Shown here: positions 55,226 to 64,000 of the stretch, piece by piece
Numbering within the stretch: position 1 is the stretch's first letter
Layout: each line of letters begins with the position of its first letter
Assembly (NCBI GenBank): GCA_020184695.1
Contig: JAANOX010000047.1
Span: 310,001 to 374,000 of the forward strand
Source: Histomonas meleagridis 2922-C6/04-290x
Taxonomy: Eukaryota; Protista; Parabasalia
Direction: 5' to 3'
Length of the DNA stretch: 64,000 nucleotides
Position numbers and translations under genes: made by a program
Notes under the pieces: model-generated
Database searches by the model: none
Seen by the model: only the letters and a program-made list of their open reading frames with translations
What the model was told of the DNA's origin: nothing

Positions 55226-55694
55226 GTTGATTGTCACTTTTTTACATCGTATGGTTGTCACTTTTGTCAAAAAGAACAATTTAAACAATTTTTCCATTTA
55301 GTCATCAATTATAGAATAACCAAAGGTACCTTTATCTTTACGTCGTTGGCAAAAAGTAATAATTTCTTAAATGAGTATTCCGACGATAATTTGGAAGATT
55401 TAAAAAAAAGCAAAATAGATTTCTTTCATTTATAAAATCATTATGCATGAAAAATCAAAGTTTATAAACTTGGAATTTGGAGCTAGGACAACGAAAAATA
55501 ATATAAAATGGAACGAATACGGTTACTAACAGAAACTTCCAGATGTGAATAAAATTGGAAAACAGTTTTTTATTATTTAAAAATTGAGCGAATTAAAAGG
55601 AAAATTCAAAGAAATGATTGAAAAATGGAGGATCATGAAAAAATTTCAAATAAATTTTACTTTGAATTTATTAATCTCATTTTCATTATTAAAT

Positions 55695-56081
55695 ATGGAA
55701 GCAAAATCAAAAGCCCCACGATTTAAACACATTGAAATTAATATCGAGGCTAAAAATAAAAGAAGAAACATATCACTATGGGATTCTGCTGATTGGGCAA
55801 TGAAGAAGGATTCAAAGGATAAAAAACATAAGAATAGAAACTCTCTTGTCCTTACATGGGAAAAAGTAAACAACTTCAATGAGAAAACAATATCTCTTAA
55901 GACCAATACCTACAAATGCTTAAGTAAATCAAACACTGAATTTTATAAGAATGATAACCAAAAACCAAGAGAAAAAAGAAGGTCTATTGAACATAGAGAA
56001 ATAAGGAATCCTTTTCAAAGACTCATACTCACAATGCTCGACACACCAAAGGAACAATCGCCTTTATTAAGAACAAAATAA
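55695..56081 (+). CDS. Endosulfine/ARPP19-like small basic protein
   Basis: SLWDSADWAMKK resembles the FDSADW/FDSGDY Greatwall phosphorylation motif. Likely start MEAKSK at 55695. Confidence 0.5.
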   Translation: MEAKSKAPRFKHIEINIEAKNKRRNISLWDSADWAMKKDSKDKKHKNRNSLVLTWEKVNNFNEKTISLKTNTYKCLSKSNTEFYKNDNQKPREKRRSIEHREIRNPFQRLILTMLDTPKEQSPLLRTK

Positions 56082-56612
56082 AAGAAAACATTTTTTTAGT
56101 TTTGAAAATTAATCCTATCAGCTCATGCAAATCACAGTTATAATATATTCCCAAATGAAAACATATATAGGCACCATCACAAAATCAGATATATTTATCA
56201 TATATGATGATAATAAAATTCTTATAATATTATATACATATGTATATTATTGTATATAATTTGCGGTATGAATGAAACTATATGAAAAACCATTTAGTTT
56301 TAATTTGTAAGTACAAATTCCATTTCATCAAATATATATTTATAAGAGATCTCTTGTTATTATGACACATACTGTACAAAATACATACAATTGAATAATT
56401 CATATTGTTAATTTGTTTATATAATAGTAAATCCATCTTCGTATATTCACCAAATGTAAACACATATATGTAAAATCATTCAAATGAACAAATATATAAA
56501 TTATTTTCTTCGATGCAGCGCATATTATTACGAAAGAATTTAAACTGAAACGGATATAATTGCAAAAGATTATTTATTCCATAGTAAATTCAGCCTAAAG
56601 ACCATATTTACT

Positions 56613-57884
56613 TTAAGCGTTGTTCATTTGGTTGACGAAGTTCTTGAATTCGTTAAAGTTGTTGTTCATCAAGTTATCGCACAGCCTCAGGTACGTGAAG
56701 GTTGACAGTCCTTGCGGCACCCACGACTTGATTTGGTTGTACGCCGCCCAGTCGTATCTCTCGAGCGCGTTTTTCTCCTCGAACTTGAGGCCCGCGTTCT
56801 TCGTGTCGCGTAAGATCTGCGCAACGAGTGCCGGCGGATTGCTTCCTGCGCTGTAGTCTTCGCCGGTCATCTCGAGGCACGTGAAGCAGACTTCGATGTT
56901 GTACTGCTTGAACATGTTGATCAAGACTTGGTAGCCGTCGTAGTCCCAAATGTTGTAGTATCCGGCAGTGAGCTCCGCGCAGTGGCAGCTTGAGGTGTAG
57001 TGCCAGTGGATGCCAGAGATTTTACACGAGAGGCGGAGAGAGCTGCCAAAGATTTCGCGTGCGTCTTTTAATACGTTTGCGCCGTGCTCAACTAACAAAT
57101 TGGAATACCACTTGTTGAAGAACTTGCCGTATTCGATGTTCCAGCCGTTCGCCCAATATGATGAACCCCCTGGACGAACGTTGTAGTCGCCGGTGTCCGT
57201 TGGTGGTGAATCCCATTCTGGATGACCTGCGGCGGCCGCTGCTTGCTTGAACTTGCTCTTCATCATTGGATCGTAGCATTGGTATGCGCCGCAGCCTGAA
57301 TACGTCCACTTGTCAAGTTGATATGATGGGTAACGAATTTCGCCGCATGGTCCTGCGCCAACTTCGATCTCGATGATTGTGCCGTCGTTGATTAAATCAA
57401 TGAACTCATCACGAAATGCAACCATGAAGTCATGATACATTTGGAGTGGTGTACGACCATTAACTTCGATATCATCGTAAGCAAATGAAATATATTCTGA
57501 GTCTTTGTTACCGAAAACATCAATGAAGTATGGTTGCATTGAACCTTGGAAGACAAAGTCTGGGATTGGGATATTGCATGTATCACCAACGTTACCACCA
57601 CAACGATGGAATGACATGACTGGAATGATTTTAAGACCCTTGTTCTTCATCATATTGAAAACTGTTCTATAGCCTGAAAACTTGTAATTCTTTTGTGATT
57701 GTTCGCAAATACCCCACCAAACATCAATCATTATACCTTTGACATTAGCGCCTTGAAGTTGGCCAAACCAATAATCGTATTTGCCTGAATCGAGAAGATT
57801 TTGATTTGAATCGAACATGGCAAGTGGTGCCATAACGAATACATCACATCCGGATAATGCAGTACCGAACAATAATGCAAACAT
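56613..57884 (-). CDS. Beta-amylase (GH14), secreted or lysosomal
   Basis: GIMIDVWWG, SFHRCGGNVGD, GPCGEIRYPSY, KISGIHWHY, ELTAGYYN, CFTCLEM and FTYLRL motifs. Likely start MFALLFG at 57884. Confidence 0.95.
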   Translation of the reverse strand: MFALLFGTALSGCDVFVMAPLAMFDSNQNLLDSGKYDYWFGQLQGANVKGIMIDVWWGICEQSQKNYKFSGYRTVFNMMKNKGLKIIPVMSFHRCGGNVGDTCNIPIPDFVFQGSMQPYFIDVFGNKDSEYISFAYDDIEVNGRTPLQMYHDFMVAFRDEFIDLINDGTIIEIEVGAGPCGEIRYPSYQLDKWTYSGCGAYQCYDPMMKSKFKQAAAAAGHPEWDSPPTDTGDYNVRPGGSSYWANGWNIEYGKFFNKWYSNLLVEHGANVLKDAREIFGSSLRLSCKISGIHWHYTSSCHCAELTAGYYNIWDYDGYQVLINMFKQYNIEVCFTCLEMTGEDYSAGSNPPALVAQILRDTKNAGLKFEEKNALERYDWAAYNQIKSWVPQGLSTFTYLRLCDNLMNNNFNEFKNFVNQMNNA

Positions 57885-58069
57885 TTTGAGTTTTGAAGTG
57901 TTTAACCTCTTCCACCTCCTGCCACAATTTTCAATGCGGAAGGTTGGTTTTCTTTGTGCATTTAAAATTGAATATGAACGATTATATTTGTTTGAAAAAG
58001 CCAACATTTGTCCATAAAAAACGTTCTTTGATCGTTCGATCTCATCGTTTGTAGAGCACGTTAACAAAC

Positions 58070-59467
58070 ATGAAAAGTGATGAATGGATTCCACTTGCAA
58101 AACGAGAAAGTATTTCAAAGATTCACATTATAGGAATATGTTGTGCAATGATGGCTTACCAAATTTCGTATTCTGTTGAATTCGCTCTTGCAACTCCAAT
58201 TATGAAACGTCTTGGTGTTTCTCAAGTTGCTTCTGCAATTATATGGCTTTTAGGACCTATCTCAGGATTTATTGTTCAACCTTTAGCAGGTCATTACAGT
58301 GATATCGCTCATTTCAAAATGGGAAGAAGAAGACCTTTTATCATTGTTGGATGTATTGGTATTGTAATTGGATTTCTGCTTCTTTATTTTGTTGAAAAAA
58401 TTGGCGGCTTATTCGGAAAAGCAAAGAAAGGAATGTCAATATTTGTTTTTGTTTTTGGTCTTTTAGAACTTAACGTTGCTACCAATACTCTTCAGAGCCC
58501 TTCACGTGCTATTGTTGGTGATATTGTACCACAATCACAACAAATCATTGCAAATACAATTGGGTCATTAATGCTTGGTCTTGCTTCCATTGTCACCAAC
58601 TTGATTGGTGGCCTTAAATTAGGCGATTATACTAACGGTAAATTTACCAATGATGAACTTACATTTATCATTGGAGTTGTTTTGATTGTAATTTGTGTCA
58701 CCATAACTATATTTTGCGGTAAAGAAGAAACATATACCGAAGAACTCCCTCATGAGAATCCATTCAAGAAGATTTTTAATGCCATCAAAACAATTCCAAA
58801 ACCTGTTCTTCGAATTTCCATTGTATACTTCTTTTCGTGGGTTGCCAACTTCCCATTCCAAAACACCACCACTGATTTCTTTGCATCTGATATTTATGGT
58901 GGTGTTGCAGGATCAACAGATCCAGAACTGGCCAAGAAATACGATGATGGAAAAGCGTTTGGTATGGTGACCATTGCTGTTTCTAATGCGTTAGTTCTAT
59001 TATTTTCACTTGTCCAGCCAACTGTCATTAAGTTCTTTGGATTGAAATGGGCTTATGCTATCTCGCAAATAATCGAAGCCGCTTGTTTAATACCGATATT
59101 CTTTGTGAAGAACAAATGGGCAGCATTGGGGTTACTCTCATTGATTGGCATTTCTTGCGCGATCTTTAACTCAGTTCCTTTCGCAATCATCGGAATGATT
59201 GTCGCAAGTGAATCAATGGGTACTTATATGGGCGTGTTGAACTGTTTCTGCGTTTTGGGTCAACAGGTTTCGAGTTTCGCTTTGGGATCTGGAATCGGCG
59301 CTTTGTCTGATAAAAAGGCGCCAATCCTTGGATCGGGTTCTGTGTTTGCGGCTATTTCAGCGATTTTGTGCTATTGGATCATCGTTCCAAATCAAGTGGA
59401 GAATAGCAGAATCGAAGAGCCACTTATTAACTCAGAACCAGTCATGGCTTATAGCAAAGAGGTTTAG
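58070..59467 (+). CDS. MFS sugar transporter, sucrose/maltose (SUT/SLC45) family
   Basis: GPISGFIVQP..GHYSD...GRRRPFI, QSPSRAIVGD; about 12 TM segments. Confidence 0.88.
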   Translation: MKSDEWIPLAKRESISKIHIIGICCAMMAYQISYSVEFALATPIMKRLGVSQVASAIIWLLGPISGFIVQPLAGHYSDIAHFKMGRRRPFIIVGCIGIVIGFLLLYFVEKIGGLFGKAKKGMSIFVFVFGLLELNVATNTLQSPSRAIVGDIVPQSQQIIANTIGSLMLGLASIVTNLIGGLKLGDYTNGKFTNDELTFIIGVVLIVICVTITIFCGKEETYTEELPHENPFKKIFNAIKTIPKPVLRISIVYFFSWVANFPFQNTTTDFFASDIYGGVAGSTDPELAKKYDDGKAFGMVTIAVSNALVLLFSLVQPTVIKFFGLKWAYAISQIIEAACLIPIFFVKNKWAALGLLSLIGISCAIFNSVPFAIIGMIVASESMGTYMGVLNCFCVLGQQVSSFALGSGIGALSDKKAPILGSGSVFAAISAILCYWIIVPNQVENSRIEEPLINSEPVMAYSKEV

Positions 59468-59967
59468 TTTATAAAGCTACTTTCGTGATTTTTTTTTTTT
59501 TATAAGAAATGTATACACGGCAAATTGTTTTTTCTTTTGTTTTACGTCATACGAAATTCGATAAATTAAATGATAAGGAAATTGTTTTCCTCCAAGATCT
59601 CCAATCATAAAAAAACTATCGTCATTTTGAAATTCATATCGTTATACAAGGCAAGTAAGGCTTCACGACTAAACCAAGCCAAAAATCAATTTTTTCATGT
59701 ATTCTTTATCAAGCCAAACTAACATAGGTATTTTATGTTTATATTATTGCAGTAAAAAAAAAAATAATTTTTGATTTTATATATTTTTTTTGGAATTTAA
59801 AACATGTAATATGAAATACAATAGGTATCTTTAATGCAATTTTGCACATAATCCTTAAAATAATTTTCACACGAAGATAAATTAGAAATTGGAAAAATGT
59901 TTAAATAAAAGCCGTTTAAATATTTAAATAACGGTTATAATCGATCAACCACAACCAACAATCTGAG

Positions 59968-60558
59968 ATGAGCTTTGAAGAACAACAAGAAGAAAATTAT
60001 ATTACAGTATTTGGAATAGAAACTCCAGAGCAGGTCTCAGATTTAGTTGAATATATAGAACAACAAAATCCATTAATTTTTAATTCGCTTGATCTAGAAC
60101 AGAATCCGCCAGATTACAATAATTCAAATTGGCTTACCTTCGCTTTGAAAGAGTTTGAAAACGAAAATGAAAAAAATTCTTTTTACAATGAATTACCACA
60201 ATTCTTCCATATCGGGAAAAATGTATATCCTGTTCGCATTGGAAAATTTGAAAGCGATAGCAATGATTCAGCTTCCTTACAGAAAGCAAGTCAAGATAAA
60301 AAAGAAAAGAATGGTAAAAAAATACAGATATTCAGAATTCCTCCAAACCAGCAAAACCTGATGCAACTCCCCTTTGAAAAGAAAGGAATACTTGTTTTAA
60401 TTGAGGAGTTCATTGTTGGCCCTTCCAATAATCTTACAACTATTCAGATTAAACAAATGGCCAACAAACTCAAAAGCGCGTCTTTATTTCTTCTTATTAT
60501 TGTTTCGATTTGGATAATTGCATTACTAATTAAGTTCAATTTTTTATCTCGTCAATAA
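59968..60558 (+). CDS. Hypothetical tail-anchored protein
   Basis: 196 aa, acidic N-terminus, single C-terminal TM (LFLLIIVSIWIIALLI). Confidence 0.6.
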   Translation: MSFEEQQEENYITVFGIETPEQVSDLVEYIEQQNPLIFNSLDLEQNPPDYNNSNWLTFALKEFENENEKNSFYNELPQFFHIGKNVYPVRIGKFESDSNDSASLQKASQDKKEKNGKKIQIFRIPPNQQNLMQLPFEKKGILVLIEEFIVGPSNNLTTIQIKQMANKLKSASLFLLIIVSIWIIALLIKFNFLSRQ

Positions 60559-60949
60559 AATTATCTTTAATATAAACTTTGCTCTCATATATATAAAAAA
60601 TGAATTTTTGCTTTTTTTTAAAAAAATCAATCATAGATCATTCTGAAATAATATATTGTCTAAATGATATATCTACTCCTACTTTAAGAAATAATAATGA
60701 TTTCTATTTTATTATTGATATATCTGAGATATATACATGAATCGGTAGAATGAAAATGCGATGTTAAATTAGATTGCATAGAGATCTACAAGCAATCGTA
60801 GTTTAAGAAGCTACCAAAATATAGATCCATTTATAAGCAATTTATATCTAGTTACATCAATTGGAGATCTTGTATTTTATTTATATACTTATATAAAACA
60901 ATTATTATTGGATCAATTGGAATTACAGCTGGAATTTATGAAATCTTCG

Positions 60950-61186
60950 TACGCCTACATCTAAAGTTATTGTTTCAAGTCCTGTACATTTCGAAAATGC
61001 ATTATCACTAATTGTGTTACACAAATTATTAATATTAATTAATGAAATACATTCTGAAAATGTACCTTATCCGATTCCATTCAATGTTTTCTCTGGAAAT
61101 TGTACATATTCAAATTTTTTCAATGATGCAAATGCTTCATTATTTATTGTATTAACTGACTCTCCATTTATTGCTGATGTTAACAT
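60950..61186 (-). pseudogene. BspA LRR gene fragment
   Basis: Minus-strand reading GESVNTINNEAFASLKKFEYVQFPEKTLNGIG*GTFSECISLINI..NTISDNAFSKCTGLETITL, with an in-frame TAA at 61069-61067; not in the ORF track. Confidence 0.65.
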
Positions 61187-61319
61187 GGTCATTCTCTGAA
61201 TGTATTATTTTAAGCTCTCATACATTATTAACAATAATTTCTGAAACAATTTTAAATACTTTATTTGGTGAAAAAGATTTTTTAATTTACCTGAAAATTG
61301 TACATTTTTTCAATTCTAA

Positions 61320-61888
61320 ATGGAAAACTAAATATTGTTGGAATTGGTTTGTCTTGCGTTGGGCAAACAGCAATGGTGGTCCAATATACAAAAGGTTATT
61401 TCTTAGCTGATGATCCTGAGTATTATGATGATAAGGAATATTGCCATACCGTCACAATTGACAATGAAACCATTAAGATAGTAATTTTTGATACACTGTC
61501 TCTCTTTCTTTTTGATTATCATAGTGACTGGGTCAAAAACGGAAATGGATTTATTCTGTTCTTTGCAATAAATGACCAACAATCATTTGATTATACAAAA
61601 TATGCGTACAGAGAAATAATGCGAATAAAGGATCATGCTCAAGTGCCAATTATTCTATGTGGTTGCAAATGTGACCAAGATAATGAACGCGAAGTGAGTC
61701 ATCAAGAGGAAGAAGAGCTTGCCAGGGAGTGGGGCGTTCCTTTTTTTGAGACGTCAGCTCTTGAAAACATAAATGTAAGAGATACTTTTGAAACGCTCAT
61801 TCGCTTAATCCTTAAAAAACAAAAAACGCCCGATCCGAAAGAAGATCAGAAAGTTCAACGGCGTATCGAAATATGCGGAATCTTTTAA
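61320..61888 (+). CDS. Ras-like small GTPase with CaaX (CGIF); the ATG at 61320 is one base out of frame
   Basis: GLSCVGQT (G1 Lys to Gln), DTLS (G3), CKCD (G4), ETSAL (G5). ATGGAAAACTAA would read M-E-K-L-N-I-V with one more A. Confidence 0.7.
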
Positions 61889-62115
61889 ATAAAAGATTAA
61901 ATTTATATGTTGTAAAGCTTATCTCATTGGTTTTTCACTTTTTTCTCTTGAAATTAATCTTTGTAATTGTATTAAATCTGTCTAAACTTTATCATGTTTC
62001 ATTATATTTAGAATCAAGAATTTGTTAGTATAAAAGTTGAATTGTTTGTTATCATGTGGAATTTCACACCAAAAAACTTTTTTACTGTGAATTTCTTCAC
62101 CATATTAAAAACAGT

Positions 62116-63042
62116 TTATTTAAAAAAATCATGTTTTAGAGCTTCTGCAGCACTTGGTCTTTTCTCTCTATCTGGAGTCAAAAGTTTTGTTAATAAATTT
62201 ATGGAGTTATTTGTTATCAAGTGTCGTGTGTGCGGAAGTGCATATTCCAAAAAACTTTGTCTCCTAAAATATGGAAACATTTTCTTCGAGTTGTATTTTT
62301 GTGCCAATTTTATTATTTCCTTTCCAAAGAATCGAGCATGTTTGTTGAGGATTCCCTCATTACTATTGCCATTAAAAAACGAAGGAGTTCCAAACATTAA
62401 ATTTGCCATTATGCAACCTGATGCCCAAATATCAACTTCTGTTCCATAATAAGGAAACCTGAAAAGTAACTCGGGAGCTTTTGTAGATTTTGTTCCTACG
62501 CTATAACTATATTTTTTTCCTGGATTAACATATTCTGCAAGGCCCCAGTCAATAATTCGTATTTGATGATCAGAAAATGAGCAAAGAACATTTTGCCATT
62601 TTATGTCTCTATGGAAAATGTGCATGTTATGCGTTTCATTTAAAACAGATAAAATTGATTTTACAGCCCATTGTAAATCAGAATACGTTGGAATTGTATT
62701 TTTATCAACTTTTATAAAATCTGTTACAATTATAGGCGAATAGGAGTCACCATAAACACCATATAAGTGAAGTACATTAGGAACTTTTTGAAGAAGAGTA
62801 AGAATTGATATTTCTCGTTTTAATCGCCAGTCCTCAATTGGTTTTAATTTTTTAGCTGCAACTATTGTTCCATTTTCGAGCTTAGCTTTATATACATTAG
62901 AAAATCTTCCAGATCCCACTTCTTCTAAAAAGTCAATGCTTTCATTAATATAATTTATTTGATACGAATTATATTTCTCTGCTTGTTGATTTTTTGACAA
63001 AAGATGAATGCCTAAACAAATGCATAGCAAAAACATTAGCAA
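62116..63042 (-). CDS. CK2-alpha-like CMGC protein kinase with a hydrophobic N-terminus
   Basis: VGSGRFSNVY, AAKKLKP, HRDIKWQN, IIDWGLAE (the CK2-type DWG), KAPELL, DIWASGC. Confidence 0.85.
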   Translation of the reverse strand: MLMFLLCICLGIHLLSKNQQAEKYNSYQINYINESIDFLEEVGSGRFSNVYKAKLENGTIVAAKKLKPIEDWRLKREISILTLLQKVPNVLHLYGVYGDSYSPIIVTDFIKVDKNTIPTYSDLQWAVKSILSVLNETHNMHIFHRDIKWQNVLCSFSDHQIRIIDWGLAEYVNPGKKYSYSVGTKSTKAPELLFRFPYYGTEVDIWASGCIMANLMFGTPSFFNGNSNEGILNKHARFFGKEIIKLAQKYNSKKMFPYFRRQSFLEYALPHTRHLITNNSINLLTKLLTPDREKRPSAAEALKHDFFK

Positions 63043-63585
63043 AAATTTTAAACGTTCGTCGAACTTTTGTGTAAACCAATCAAATCCGACCTTTGGGATA
63101 AGCTTATCATCAAAATGGTATGCAAATTTATTTCATACCATTTCTTCTATAATACTTACTTACAAGACGATTAATATTTTAATTTCCTTGCAAATTATCT
63201 GATCTTTTTATATTTGAATATTGTCTATAAAAATTTTTTTGAAACTTTATCCACTATATATATAGCTTAACTCATGCATATGTAACCCATAAAAAGCATT
63301 AATTGTGCCAAATTTGAGGTGTCTTAATGTTCTTTTTCTTTTATGCTTTTTGGGTTCACCGTATCGTACTATTCAAATAACTGATTATCACAAAAAGTGG
63401 ATTGAACTCGTTTCTGAGGTTTGTTAACAAACTTTTCTGTGGTTTCGTTTCAAATATATATGTAAAGTATTTAATTCACGTTGATAATTCAAAACCATTC
63501 AAAAATACTATCGGATAAAGAGGAATAATTTTTCACAACAGTTGAACGGATTTTGTGAAGCATTCAATTTTAAAAATCAAAATCC

Positions 63586-64000
63586 ATGTTTGTCTTCTTT
63601 AGTTTGATCTCTAACATTATTTGTGACGACACCCTTACTCTTGAAAACTACGGAACTGTTTATCAGAATCAATTTGGTTCCTATAAAACCTCAACCAGAC
63701 ATCTGATCATCGGAAATGGTATTCATACCCTCTCTACTTATGCATTTTATGAATGGACTCTACTTGAAGATGTAACATTATGAGGTTCAGTTATAAATAT
63801 CAAACATAATGCATTTGATAAATGTGGGAACTTAAGTACTGTTCAATTCGGGAAAAATGTTGCCACCATTGAAGATCATATATTTAATGTATGCAGTAAT
63901 TTGCAAGCCATTACCATTCCTGATTTAGATACATCTATTAGTGAAAGTACATTTCAGTCCTGTTCTTCTCTTAGTAAAGTTACACTAAATAACAATATTA
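63586..64000 (+). pseudogene. 5' part of a BspA-like LRR gene with an in-frame TGA; runs off the window
   Basis: Signal-like start, LRRs, TGA at 63781-63783, then open LRR frame (GSVINIKHNAFDKCGNLSTVQFGKNV...) to 64000. Confidence 0.75.

Noticed and set aside
56620-57309. Overlapping ORFs within beta-amylase (56620, 56674, 57088)
   Set aside because: Expected by-products of high GC in a coding region.
17161-58118. Long 5' extensions in the ORF track (13786 gene to 17493, 47794 gene to 49887, beta-amylase to 58118, PP2C from 29118)
   Set aside because: They are AT-rich, non-homologous leaders. Downstream ATGs give signal peptides or a Gly2, and the beta-amylase extension would overlap the transporter.
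1-64000. tRNA, rRNA or snRNA genes
   Set aside because: I found no recognisable conserved motifs by eye; tRNAscan-SE/Infernal would be needed to exclude them.

Overview
AT-rich (about 27-30% GC by eye), gene-dense DNA from a eukaryotic microbe. DUF3447-ankyrin genes, BspA-type LRR surface proteins, a mariner element and Myb-like promoter motifs point to a parabasalid (Trichomonas/Histomonas/Tritrichomonas-like; inference, species not determinable). About 30 ordinary genes are present, including VPS13, a TBC Rab-GAP, LRR-PP2C, a serpin, beta-amylase, a sugar MFS transporter, a SNARE, small GTPases and a CK2-like kinase. Main observation: four DUF3447-ankyrin loci (420-4964 +, 7308-10947 -, 31064-33217 +, 33979-36304 -) look like ~400-aa ORFs followed by AT-rich repeats. 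By hand parsing, each downstream ankyrin repeat has an open core, and its D-x-x-G-x-T-A-L loop is split by T-rich inserts of exactly 17 nt placed between successive codons (codon-17-codon-17-codon-17-codon-17). Removing only 17-mers turns locus 1 into one 1106-aa ORF (72 inserts) and locus 2 into one 895-aa ORF (56 inserts), and restores loops such as DNEG-KTAL, DRYG-KTAL and NKDG-ETAL. The inserts lack GT-AG ends, so this suggests an unrecognised fixed-length excision or editing system with 3-nt micro-exons. The pattern is seen in the sequence; the mechanism and its novelty are inference and need RNA or protein data. All counts are manual.
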